Shown: positions 11,262-22,797, numbered from the stretch's first letter. The stretch: 42,374 nt of DNA from Octopus bimaculoides (GCF_001194135.2 NC_068991.1:11035593-11077966); one strand, 5' to 3'. Program-made: numbers and translations. The notes: generated from the letters alone by a model not told the origin.

Positions 11262-11880
11262 CTGTTTTTCATCTTCCAATGTTTTTCTTTTGAATTAAGG
11301 CCAAAGTAGATAAAGTTATAATTAATAACGTGTAAGTATTGGGTTAAAAAGCCGTTGGAAAGAAAAAATTTCGAAGGCTGCCCATGGAATTCAAACCTAC
11401 GTTATCTGTAAGTACAACAAAGATGTGCAGAAAAGTTCGAAGGACATTGATCCAGTGGTAGAACGTCTGTCATATTTACAGACGTTCTCGGTTCGAATTC
11501 CACAGGCAGACATCGCCGTTTTCTATTTATAGGGTTTTCAATCCAATATTTTACACGCTGTTATTTATTGTTTTATTAGCTCTGAGATTCATCGTTTCTA
11601 CAGAGAATTATTTTCTAAAATCGGTAGAGAAAATCTAAAGATAACTTATTTTTTTATTTCGATATTGCAGTGAATATCCATGTTTATACTTCCTTTAAAT
11701 CACCTGATCACTATTGCACTGACAGCTAGCGTCTGGTCACCCTATACGTTTTCACCTGCCTCTTTAATAGCCGACAACAATTGTTATCTCAAAGGCTGGA
11801 TCTGGTATCACTTCACTATTTTTCATCTTCCAGTGTTTTACTGTTGAACTAAGGCCAACGGACTGCATGTAGTATAATTA
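11262..11880. mobile_element. Three fragments of an unassigned tRNA-headed repeat (- 11262-11414, + 11445-11560, - 11816-11880)
   Basis: The plus copy has an A-box-like TGATCCAGTGG and B-box GGTTCGAATTCC. 11325-11414 is its imperfect reverse complement. 11262-11325 and 11816-11880 share tttttcatcttcca.tgtttt.....gaa.taaggccaa. Confidence 0.55.
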
Positions 11881-12165
11881 CGTGTGTATATGTGTACATG
11901 TTTGCATCTAATCATAAGCACTTCCATTCCTCTCAAACTCTAACCGATCTGGCAAGTGAGTTTTCATTTATCTGTCATAACTGTGGGTTGTTCTCATTTA
12001 TCATCAGTTTTTTTCCCCTGCCGTGAAATTGGCTGCAAATCGAGTAAATTCCAGTGAAACAGTAAACCCCGCTAAAATAAGCGAAATGTTTTATAACACA
12101 CAACTATGGTATCGAATATCCCTTCACTGGTTTGTTGATAGCCATTATATATAGTGCAAAGGTAG

Positions 12166-12500
12166 TGGAGGCGCGATGGCCCAGTGGTTAGGGCAGCGGA
12201 CTCGCGGTCATAGGATCGCAGTTTCGATTCTCAGACCGGGCGTTGTGAGTGTTTATTGAGGGAGAACACCTAAAGCTCCACGAGGCTCCGGCAGGGGATG
12301 GTGGCGAACCCTGCTGTACCCTTTCACCACAACTTTCTCTCACTCTTACTTCCTGTTTCTGTAATTCAAAGGGTCAGCCTTGTCACACTGTGTCACACTG
12401 AATATGCCCGAGAACTACGTTAAGGGTACACATGTCTGTGGAGTGCTCAGCCACTTGCACGTTAATTTCACGAGCAGGCTGCGACGGAGTGCCAACAACA
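12166..12500 (+). mobile_element. SINE family A (tRNA-derived, Arg-like head), near full length, with a 40-bp deletion near the 3' end
   Basis: A-box TGGCCCAGTGG and B-box GTTTCGATTC; the body matches the reverse complements of 15917-16267 and 38901-39227. Confidence 0.92.
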
Positions 12501-12617
12501 CCATTTCGGCATGTACCCAGACATTGTGTACACCCTGTATAACTGGTATCTGCAACGTCGATCTTGGAGGGATGACGAAGTCAAAGTTGCAGAATTTATG
12601 AGACCGTAAATGATCGT

Positions 12618-12730
12618 GTCTATCTGTCTATCTATCTATCTGTCTGTCTGTCTGTCTATTTGTCCGTCTGTCTACCTACCTACTTACCTACCTACATACC
12701 TACATGCCTCTCTGTTTGTCTGTCTGTCTA
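12618..12730. repeat. (TCTG)/(TCTA)/(TACC) tetranucleotide compound repeat
   Basis: Direct inspection. Confidence 0.85.
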
Positions 12731-13115
12731 AGGTTTCGATACCGTGTTTAACGCGCATTTTCTTAATCTTAATCCTCAAACATTAAATTTGATATATATA
12801 TTTAACACCGCTATTCATTTTGATCCACACACTGACGTTTCTACGGCAGAACCACTGTCCTGTTGAGTGTAAACCGTTTCCAGATGCTTTGAAAAGATAT
12901 CGACAAACAACTGATTAAATAAACAGAAGTGTATTTCGCTTCTCTTTAACCTATTAATTATAGTGTTTGCTAACTTTAAATAACAACTAGTAGGAGCGAC
13001 TCACGTGTTGAGTCATTTTGCTAGTTAAGTGAAGTCAGGTTTATATCGAGTTTATTGTGTGGTTATTTTAGCTAACAGCACCTGGGGAAGTGTGCTTGTA
13101 TGGATGTATGTACAC

Positions 13116-13167
<52 letters not shown>

Positions 13168-14748
13168 NNNNNNNNNNNNNNNNNNNNNNNNNNNNNNNNN
13201 NNNNNNNNNNNNNNNNNNNNNNNNNNNNNNNNNNNNNNNNNNNNNNNNNNNNNNNNNNNNNNNNNNNNNNNNNNNNNNNNNNNNNNNNNNNNNNNNNNNN
13301 NNNNNNNNNNNNNNNNNNNNNNNNNNNNNNNNNNNNNNNNNNNNNNNNNNNNNNNNNNNNNNNNNNNNNNNNNNNNNNNNNNNNNNNNNNNNNNNNNNNN
13401 NNNNNNNNNNNNNNNNNNNNNNNNNNNNNNNNNNNNNNNNNNNNNNNNNNNNNNNNNNNNNNNNNNNNNNNNNNNNNNNNNNNNNNNNNNNNNNNNNNNN
13501 NNNNNNNNNNNNNNNNNNNNNNNNNNNNNNNNNNNNNNNNNNNNNNNNNNNNNNNNNNNNNNNNNNNNNNNNNNNNNNNNNNNNNNNNNNNNNNNNNNNN
13601 NNNNNNNNNNNNNNNNNNNNNNNNNNNNNNNNNNNNNNNNNNNNNNNNNNNNNNNNNNNNNNNNNNNNNNNNNNNNNNNNNNNNNNNNNNNNNNNNNNNN
13701 NNNNNNNNNNNNNNNNNNNNNNNNNTATATACATACATGTGCGTGTGTGTGTGTGTGTGTATGACTACGTGTATGCATGTCTATGTATGTGTAAGTATGT
13801 ACCTGGTCATGTTATGCGTGCATATGTGTGAGTGTACTTGTGCGTGTGCGTTGACTCATATTCTACGTATAAAGACCATGTTTGTTCAGAGATAAAACTT
13901 CCTCTTGATTGATATACAGTTGAAAAGGTCACGTTGAAAGAAGTGTATGTTGAACTGTAACACACACACACACACACANNNNNNNNNNNNNNNNNNNNNN
14001 NNNNNNNNNNNNNNNNNNNNNNNNNNNNNNNNNNNNNNNNNNNNNNNNNNNNNNNNNNNNNNNNNNNNNNNNNNNNNNNNNNNNNNNNNNNNNNNNNNNN
14101 NNNNNNNNNNNNNNNNNNNNNNNNNNNNNNNNNNNNNNNNNNNNNNNNNNNNNNNNNNNNNNNNNNNNNNNNNNNNNNNNNNNNNNNNNNNNNNNNNNNN
14201 NNNNNNNNNNNNNNNNNNNNNNNNNNNNNNNNNNNNNNNNNNNNNNNNNNNNNNNNNNNNNNNNNNNNNNNNNNNNNNNNNNNNNNNNNNNNNNNNNNNN
14301 NNNNNNNNNNNNNNNNNNNNNNNNNNNNNNNNNNNNNNNNNNNNNNNNNNNNNNNNNNNNNNNNNNNNNNNNNNNNNNNNNNNNNNNNNNNNNNNNNNNN
14401 NNNNNNNNNNNNNNNNNNNNNNNNNNNNNNNNNNNNNNNNNNNNNNNNNNNNNNNNNNNNNNNNNNNNNNNNNNNNNNNNNNNNNNNNNNNNNNNNNNNN
14501 NNNNNNNNNNNNNNNNNNNNNNNNNNNNNNNNNNNNNNNNNNNNNNNNNNNNNNNNNNNNNNNNNNNNNNNNNNNNNNNNNNNNNNNNNNNNNNNNNNNN
14601 NNNNNNNNNNNNNNNNNNNNNNNNNNNNNNNNNNNNNNNNNNNNNNNNNNNNNNNNNNNNNNNNNNNNNNNNNNNNNNNNNNNNNNNNNNNNNNNNNNNN
14701 NNNNNNNNNNNNNNNNNNNNNNNNNNNNNNNNNNNNNNNNNNNNNNNN

Positions 14749-14831
<83 letters not shown>

Positions 14832-14953
14832 CGATTATGATTATGATGGTGATGATAATGATGATGACGATGGTGATGATATTGATAGTGGTGGTGGTGG
14901 TGGTGGTGATGGCGATAATAACGATGATGATAGATGATGATGTTGAGAATAAT

Positions 14954-14986
<33 letters not shown>

Positions 14987-15280
14987 GTTGGTGGTGATAG
15001 CGGTGGTGGTGGCAGTGGGTGATGGTGATGATTATTAAGATGATGAAAGCGGCGGCAACGACGACGACGACGACGACGACAATAATGATGACGTCACGAC
15101 GATAACGAGAACTACGACGACGACGAATTTTAGCGTTGGTGATGTTGTTGTTCTAGTTATTACTGACGTTGAAGATGCTGCTGCCGCCGCCATCGTCGGC
15201 CGTGGCCACCACCACGGTGACCGACGACACAGACGCAGACGCTGACGAAGACGAAGGCCACAATAACGATGATGTCGGGA
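14749..15280. repeat. (GAT)n and degenerate (GAC/GTG)n arrays
   Basis: Direct inspection. Confidence 0.9.
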
Positions 15281-15916
15281 AAAATTTTCATACATTAACT
15301 GGTAAAATAATTATATTCGTAACAATAGTTAATTAGATTTATCAGCAAATCCTTTCTTTCACATTTTCAAACTGAAAAGACAGGGAACAAAAACCACTAA
15401 TTATAATTAAAAAGGAATTGTCTGCGCCAGGGAGCAACCCCATTTTTTTGTCTTTCATGCAAAAAAAAAAAAAAAAAAAAGTAGTTCTTGTTCTGTTGAA
15501 TAGTTTAATTATATCTTTATTTCAAGCAAGAAACCCCTTCGTTTTATAAATAGTTAGTGTGTTGTTGCATATTTAAGGGTATCTTAATATGAAGCAAGAA
15601 AGGCCGCAATCTTTTTCTTTTTCTTTTTGACGTTTAGAGTTTTGTTCAACAGTTTTTAAAGAATCCATTGCGAAACACTGAGGAATGTTTGAGCTAATCA
15701 CTGCATTGAGAATGTGTGTGTGTGTGTGTGTGTGTGTGTGTNNNNNNNNNNNNNNNNNNNNNNNNNNNNNNNNNNNNNNNNNNNNNNNNNNNNNNNNNNN
15801 NNNNNNNNNNNNNNNNNNNNNNNNNNNNNNNNNNNNNNNNNNNNNNNNNNNNNNNNNNNNNNNNNNNNNNNNNNNNNNNNNNNNNNNNNNNNNNNNNNNN
15901 NNNNNNNNNNNNNNNN

Positions 15917-16267
15917 GTTCCAGTTGATTCGATCAACGGAACAGCCTGCTCGTGAAATTAACGTGCAAGTGGCTGAGTATTCCACAGACACGTGTACCCT
16001 TAATGTAGTTCTCGGGGATATTCAGCGTGACACAGTGTGACAAGGCTGGCCCCTTTGAATTACAGGCACAACAGAAACAGGAAGTAAGAGTGAGTGAAAG
16101 TTGTGGTGAAAGAGTACAGCAGGGTTCGCCACAATCCCCTGTCGGAGCCTCGTGGAGCTTTAGGTATTTTCGCTTAATAAACACTCACAACGCCCGGTCT
16201 GGGAATCGAAACCGCGATCCTATGACCGCAAGTCCGCTGCCCTAACCACTGGGCCATTGCGCCTCCA
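15917..16267 (-). mobile_element. SINE family A, full head, 3' end in gap
   Basis: The reverse complement begins tggaggcgcaatggcccagtggttagggcagcggacttgcggtcataggatcgcggtttcgattccc and is highly similar to the 12166 copy. Confidence 0.93.
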
Positions 16268-16557
16268 ACTACGCACATACGCACAGACGTATGTACATGT
16301 GTACGCATGCATGTATTATTATTGTTTTTGTTGTTATATAACCCTAATTCAACCTTGCACCAGTGGAGTTATGATCAAAGGCGTTCCAGCTGTGACTATC
16401 CTGTCTATTTTTTATTTCCTTTTCCGAGACACAGCGTATACTAAAAACAACTAAACTTTTTACTGCCCAATGAGTTCTTCCTCGCTGTTGATAATATTAA
16501 TCGTTTATGTTGCTGTTGGTGTTGGCGTTGTTGTTGTTGTTGTTTGGCACGTAGTTA

Positions 16558-16665
16558 GCCTTGATCCAGCAGACCTTTGATGAAAGGAGCTCCAGCTGTN
16601 NNNNNNNNNGCCTTGATCCAGCAGACCTTTGATGAAAGGAGCTCCAGCTGTGGCCATCCTGTTTT
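16558..16665 (+). repeat. Short dispersed repeat E (gacct.tgat.aaagg..ttccagc..tgaccatcc), duplicated across a 10-N gap
   Basis: Related motifs occur at 16361-16405 (+), 27645-27722 (-) and 29945-30015 (+). Confidence 0.55.
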
Positions 16666-16986
16666 GTTTCTTCATACACAGTATATCTAAGAGCACATCA
16701 TCCAATGAGCTTTTCGATTTACACGGATGTTATTGCTACTTATCTCCACTTTCCTCCGACTGGGCCGGGGTTCAACAAGACCCCTGTATGAATAAGATCA
16801 AAAACATTACAGATGAAACCATACTTGTTACGCACATAGAACACCTAGGGCTACAATCACCGTTATATCCTTCCGTTTTAAAGACGATACGATGTGATGT
16901 TAGGGTTATATAGCTGCTATTTCTAGTAGCCACATAGTAGTTTTTGCTGTTGATGGCTGTTGTTGGTGATGGCAGTGGCTGTTTCT

Positions 16987-17005
16987 ATCGTCGTCGTCAT
17001 CGTCG

Positions 17006-17058
<53 letters not shown>

Positions 17059-17080
17059 GTCATCGTCATCGTCGTCGTCG

Positions 17081-17133
<53 letters not shown>
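16987..17133. repeat. (CAT)n microsatellite
   Basis: Direct inspection. Confidence 0.95.
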
Positions 17134-17134
<1 letters not shown>

Positions 17135-17154
17135 CTGCTTCCAGTTTAAAGACT

Positions 17155-17369
17155 GATAAGGGCAAGTTACTCGGTTTCCATGGCGTATAAATGGCCGAGA
17201 GCAAGATCACACCGTTCCCCTCTTGAACATGATGTTGCAGTTGTACCTGTTTACAGACGAGTGGACTGGAGCAACACGAAATGAAGTGTTTTGCTCAAGA
17301 GCACAACTTGAGAATAGAACCAGCGTTATTGCAATCGTTAGTGCATCACCGTAGCCCCTAGGCTACACG
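17155..17369 (-). mobile_element. SINE family D, diverged copy
   Basis: Shares gaaatgaagtgttttgctcaagagcacaac with 17625-17654 and has a degenerate tRNA-like head at 17310-17369. Confidence 0.7.
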
Positions 17370-17479
17370 TTTTTTAATTGTTGTTTAAGTCCCAGATTAA
17401 TCCCCGAACAAACAGGGCTAGGGTTTGAATTATTGCTGCCGTACTTTGCTTTCGATATGTTTAATATCATATGACTACA

Positions 17480-17735
17480 TGACCGACCAGGCTATCTGAC
17501 ATTGTCCCACATCGCTGGTCACAATGCACTTTTGCTTTGTTTTAGCCTTCAAATGATACCAGCCCGATAGCTAGGCGAGCAGGCCAACGTTCCCCCCTGA
17601 TTTAAAGGGGGACTGAAGCAACGTGAAATGAAGTGTTTTGCTCAAGAGCACAACGCGCTGCCCAGTCAAGGAATCGAAACCACGATCTAGCGACCGTGAG
17701 TGCAATAACCTAACCATCAGTCCACGTGTCTCCAC
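17480..17735 (-). mobile_element. SINE family D (tRNA-derived)
   Basis: Reverse complement: ggagacacgtggactgatggttagg...gtggtttcgattcc...gcgttgtgctcttgagcaaaacacttcatttc, with A/B-box-like motifs. The 3' extent to 17480 is less certain. Confidence 0.78.
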
Positions 17736-18171
17736 ATGTTTAATATACAACCGTTTTTCTCAGCCTGGAGGTACTAGTGTTTCTTGGGGGAGCCTGTGCT
17801 CCCATATGCTGCCAGTACCTCCAAGAGCTACTAAAATATATTTTAAGAGGTGACACGGAATTCAAATTAAACTTCACCTGCCTTTAAATGCCATTACAGG
17901 ATTTTTAGAAGTATTGGCCGATTCGAGAGGTCATCAAAAGGCTTATAGTACGCTAAAAAACGCTGGAAAACAACTGTTTTAACCAATGTGTCCTTCCATT
18001 TACATGGTGTAACAGGGTGGTCTAAGATATATTTAACTACTATTTTTAGCAAGTGGAATGACTGTGTAGAAGCTCCCACTTTGACTCATATTTAGAGTAG
18101 TAGTAGTAGTAGTAGTAGTGGTAGTAGTAGTAGTAGTAGTAGTAGTAAAGACAACAACAGCAATAATACTG

Positions 18172-18281
18172 ATCATTTCTGAAAAATCGACTTCGGCAGG
18201 ATTTGAAATCAGAACATAAAGACGGACGAAATGCAACAAAGTGTTTTGTCCGGTGTGCTAACGATTCTTCTCGTCGCCTTA
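18172..18281 (-). mobile_element. SINE family C, 5' half
   Basis: Reverse complement taaggcgacgag...gaatcgttagcacaccggac...gttctgatttcaaatcctgccgaagtcga. Confidence 0.8.
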
Positions 18282-18298
18282 GCAACAACGACAACAAC

Positions 18299-18354
<56 letters not shown>

Positions 18355-18579
18355 TATAATTATAATCCTTTATATTATAGGCACAAGGCCTGAAGCTTGG
18401 GTGCAGGGGATAGTAGATTGCATCGAGCCCTATGCATAACTGGTACTTAGTTCATCGACCCTGAAAGCATGAAAGCAAACTCGATCTTGCGGAATTTGAA
18501 CTCAGAGCGTAGCGGCAGACGAAATACTGCTAAGCAGTTCGCCCGGCGTGCTAACATTTCTGCCAGCTCACCGCCTTAA
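18299..18579 (-). mobile_element. SINE family C full copy with (ATT)n 3' tail
   Basis: The reverse complement runs from ttaaggcggtgagctggcagaaatgttagcacgccgggcg through caggccttgtgcctataatataaagga into (att)n. Confidence 0.92.
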
Positions 18580-18588
18580 CAACAGCAA

Positions 18589-18626
<38 letters not shown>

Positions 18627-18632
18627 TAAATT

Positions 18633-18688
<56 letters not shown>

Positions 18689-18837
18689 TAATAATGATAA
18701 CGAGGAAACTAGCTGTTGCTCAACATTATGAATATCAATCGTCATGTAAGAAGTCGTAGCAGAAAATAATAATAATATTAACAACAGCAGTGACAGCAAT
18801 AACAACAACAATGGTGACAATATCGTCATCATCATCG

Positions 18838-18876
<39 letters not shown>

Positions 18877-19097
18877 ATACCGTTATCGTTACTGCCACCA
18901 GCAACATAATAAATGATGCCAACACCGATGCCGTCACCACCACCGCCACCACGAAAAAGGAGAACGTGAAGAAGGGATGGAAAAAAAGAGGGAAAGGGAA
19001 CAGGAGAAGACTGGGAAGAAGAGAAAGAAGGAAAAAGATAAGAGAGAGAAAAAGGAGCACGATGAAGAAGGAGGAAGAGGAGAGAAGGAGGAAGAGA
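18580..19097. repeat. (AAC)n(AAT)n, (CAT)n and polypurine tracts
   Basis: Direct inspection. Confidence 0.9.
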
Positions 19098-21511
19098 NNN
19101 NNNNNNNNNNNNNNNNNNNNNNNNNNNNNNNNNNNNNNNNNNNNNNNNNNNNNNNNNNNNNNNNNNNNNNNNNNNNNNNNNNNNNNNNNNNNNNNNNNNN
19201 NNNNNNNNNNNNNNNNNNNNNNNNNNNNNNNNNNNNNNNNNNNNNNNNNNNNNNNNNNNNNNNNNNNNNNNNNNNNNNNNNNNNNNNNNNNNNNNNNNNN
19301 NNNNNNNNNNNNNNNNNNNNNNNNNNNNNNNNNNNNNNNNNNNNNNNNNNNNNNNNNNNNNNNNNNNNNNNNNNNNNNNNNNNNNNNNNNNNNNNNNNNN
19401 NNNNNNNNNNNNNNNNNNNNNNNNNNNNNNNNNNNNNNNNNNNNNNNNNNNNNNNNNNNNNNNNNNNNNNNNNNNNNNNNNNNNNNNNNNNNNNNNNNNN
19501 NNNNNNNNNNNNNNNNNNNNNNNNNNNNNNNNNNNNNNNNNNNNNNNNNNNNNNNNNNNNNNNNNNNNNNNNNNNNNNNNNNNNNNNNNNNNNNNNNNNN
19601 NNNNNNNNNNNNNNNNNNNNNNNNNNNNNNNNNNNNNNNNNNNNNNNNNNNNNNNNNNNNNNNNNNNNNNNNNNNNNNNNNNNNNNNNNNNNNNNNNNNN
19701 NNNNNNNNNNNNNNNNNNNNNNNNNNNNNNNNNNNNNNNNNNNNNNNNNNNNNNNNNNNNNNNNNNNNNNNNNNNNNNNNNNNNNNNNNNNNNNNNNNNN
19801 NNNNNNNNNNNNNNNNNNNNNNNNNNNNNNNNNNNNNNNNNNNNNNNNNNNNNNNNNNNNNNNNNNNNNNNNNNNNNNNNNNNNNNNNNNNNNNNNNNNN
19901 NNNNNNNNNNNNNNNNNNNNNNNNNNNNNNNNNNNNNNNNNNNNNNNNNNNNNNNNNNNNNNNNNNNNNNNNNNNNNNNNNNNNNNNNNNNNNNNNNNNN
20001 GACCACCACCACCACGACCACCACCACCGCCAACAACAATAGCAAGGGAAAAGTACAACAACAACAACAACAACAGCTCAAATAGTGAAAGTTGCAGAAA
20101 AAGAAAAAAGGAAAAAAAACAAAAACAAAAACAAAAAAACAAAAACAAAAAGAAACAAACATTAATGATAGAAGCAGCGAGATGTGCAGCTGCAATAATA
20201 GAAAGTAACGGCAGCAGCAAAATTAGATGCATTAAGATGACGATGCCAGTTGCAGCAACTGCTATGACGATTGTTGTGGTTGATACTACAATATCAACAG
20301 GAGAACTAAAACGTTAGCAACAACACCAACAACAACAAAGAAAAAGAAAAGAAGAAAACCTAATAAACGAATGAAGTCGTGACAACACTAACGTTATCAA
20401 CTGGCACGCCGTTAGCAACTACTCCCCGTGTGAAGACATCTACGTGGTCGCGTGTTTGTGCTAGACATATCAGTCGAATCCCCTTTGTGTTATGGCGTTC
20501 CGTTGTGTTATGGATTATGTGGTATGGTCACGACGGAAATATATATATATATANNNNNNNNNNNNNNNNNNNNNNNNNNNNNNNNNNNNNNNNNNNNNNN
20601 NNNNNNNNNNNNNNNNNNNNNNNNNNNNNNNNNNNNNNNNNNNNNNNNNNNNNNNNNNNNNNNNNNNNNNNNNNNNNNNNNNNNNNNNNNNNNNNNNNNN
20701 NNNNNNNNNNNNNNNNNNNNNNNNNNNNNNNNNNNNNNNNNNNNNNNNNNNNNNNNNNNNNNNNNNNNNNNNNNNNNNNNNNNNNNNNNNNNNNNNNNNN
20801 NNNNNNNNNNNNNNNNNNNNNNNNNNNNNNNNNNNNNNNNNNNNNNNNNNNNNNNNNNNNNNNNNNNNNNNNNNNNNNNNNNNNNNNNNNNNNNNNNNNN
20901 NNNNNNNNNNNNNNNNNNNNNNNNNNNNNNNNNNNNNNNNNNNNNNNNNNNNNNNNNNNNNNNNNNNNNNNNNNNNNNNNNNNNNNNNNNNNNNNNNNNN
21001 NNNNNNNNNNNNNNNNNNNNNNNNNNNNNNNNNNNNNNNNNNNNNNNNNNNNNNNNNNNNNNNNNNNNNNNNNNNNNNNNNNNNNNNNNNNNNNNNNNNN
21101 NNNNNNNNNNNNNNNNNNNNNNNNNNNNNNNNNNNNNNNNNNNNNNNNNNNNNNNNNNNNNNNNNNNNNNNNNNNNNNNNNNNNNNNNNNNNNNNNNNNN
21201 NNNNNNNNNNNNNNNNNNNNNNNNNNNNNNNNNNNNNNNNNNNNNNNNNNNNNNNNNNNNNNNNNNNNNNNNNNNNNNNNNNNNNNNNNNNNNNNNNNNN
21301 NNNNNNNNNNNNNNNNNNNNNNNNNNNNNNNNNNNNNNNNNNNNNNNNNNNNNNNNNNNNNNNNNNNNNNNNNNNNNNNNNNNNNNNNNNNNNNNNNNNN
21401 NNNNNNNNNNNNNNNNNNNNNNNNNNNNNNNNNNNNNNNNNNNNNNNNNNNNNNNNNNNNNNNNNNNNNNNNNNNNNNNNNNNNNNNNNNNNNNNNNNNN
21501 NNNNNNNNNNN

Positions 21512-21596
21512 AAGTACCAGGTGAGCACCGGGGTTGATGTAACCGAGTTAGCCCCTTCTTTGAAATCTCTAGCCTTGTGCCAAAATTTGAAACCAA
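21512..21596 (+). mobile_element. SINE family C 3' fragment
   Basis: aagtaccaggtgagcaccggggttgatgtaaccga...gccttgtgccaaaatttgaaacc; the 5' part lies in the gap. Confidence 0.75.
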
Positions 21597-21661
21597 CTTT
21601 TTATAGGCTTATGCTAACGGATAGTGATATTTTTGGCTTGTTTTCAATATTTTATTAACAA

Positions 21662-22028
21662 CAGCCACAAGGTTCCAGGTTCACCAGGAACCATGTGGCA
21701 TTTGGGGAAGCGTGGCACCTTGGGCAAGTGTCTTCTACTATAGCCTCGGGCCGACCAAAGCCTTGTGAGTGGATTTGGTAGACGGAAACTGAAAGAAGCC
21801 CGTCGTATATATGTATGTTTGTGTGTGTCTGTGTTTGTCCCCCTAGCATTGCTTGACAACAAATGCTGGCGTGTTTATGTCCCCGTAACTTAGCGGTTCG
21901 GCAAAAGAGACCGATAGAATAAGTACTAGGCTTACAAAGAATAAGTCCCGGGGTCGATTTGCTCGACTAAAGGCGGTGCTCCAGCATGGCCGCAGTCAAA
22001 TGACTGAAACAAGTAAAAGAGTAAAAAG
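21662..22028 (+). mobile_element. SINE family B, near full length
   Basis: gcgtggcaccttgggcaagtgtcttctactatagcctcgggccgaccaaagccttgtgagtggatttggtagacggaaactgaaagaagcccgtcg, an internal (TA/TG)n, and the tail ggcggtgctccagcatggccgcagtcaaatgactgaaacaag. Confidence 0.93.
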
Positions 22029-22483
22029 TAACAGTTGCTGTGTCAGGTGGTCTTATGTTTATCCGGCTCCCTGTCCTACAATACTCGGTCTCCCATTCGC
22101 AATACGGCCGGATTAGACGTAGGGCGACTTTTTGATTCGTTTTAAAAATATAAAGTGCGCGTCCATACCCAGGCGAATATAGCGATATGACCCTGGGTTC
22201 GCAGCACGGGGAAATAAGCCTGGATAGTCATAACTGGAATGATTTCCAACATAGTTGTGCTCTTCAGGAGGCGAAGCAACCACAACAATGTAGGAGGCTC
22301 TGTGTGATCACTAGGCATACCAGAAATAATAGTCGAATCTTTTCTCAAAATCACATAATCTCGTTTAAAACAAGCAAACGAAGGACGTGTTAGATAACGT
22401 AGTCTTTGCTACACTGTGCCGGAATAAAAGAGAAGGATGTCTTTGACGACAGATCCGTTTGATCGGAGATGCCTCGCAATAAG

Positions 22484-22728
22484 CATCATCATCATCATCA
22501 TCGTCATCATCATCATCATCATCGTCGTCGACATCATCATCATCATCATCATCATCATCGTCATCGTCATCGTCGTCGACATCATCATCATCATCATCAT
22601 CATCGTCATCGTCATCGTCATCATCATCATCATCATCGTCATCATCGTCATCATCATCAACAATAACATCAACAACAACAATTACAACAGGGCTATTTAC
22701 AACAACAAAAAACCACGACGCCGATGAC

Positions 22729-22775
<47 letters not shown>

Positions 22776-22797
22776 CGATGACGATGACGACGACGAC
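22484..22797. repeat. (CAT)n array followed by an inverted (GAT)n array
   Basis: (CAT/CGT)n at 22484-22660 and (GAT/GAC)n at 22722-22797. Confidence 0.92.

Noticed and set aside
11445-11520. Possible tRNA gene (A-box, stem-loop, GGTTCGAATTCC)
   Set aside because: The loop catattt lacks U33 and purine 37, no acceptor stem pairs, and an inverted homologue lies next to it. It is better explained as a repeat head.
12168-12245. Possible tRNA-Arg gene
   Set aside because: It is the head of a multi-copy SINE that continues into a shared body of about 270 bp, with no proper cloverleaf.
12510-12611. Peptide MYPDIVYTLYNWYLQRRSWRDDEVKVAEFMRP
   Set aside because: 33 codons is within chance expectation, the only acceptor is inside a SINE, and I recognise no homology.
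16629-16913. ORF containing HGCYC (phospholipase A2-like)
   Set aside because: It lacks the CG.GG calcium loop and CC..HD motif, and begins in a repeat at a gap artefact.
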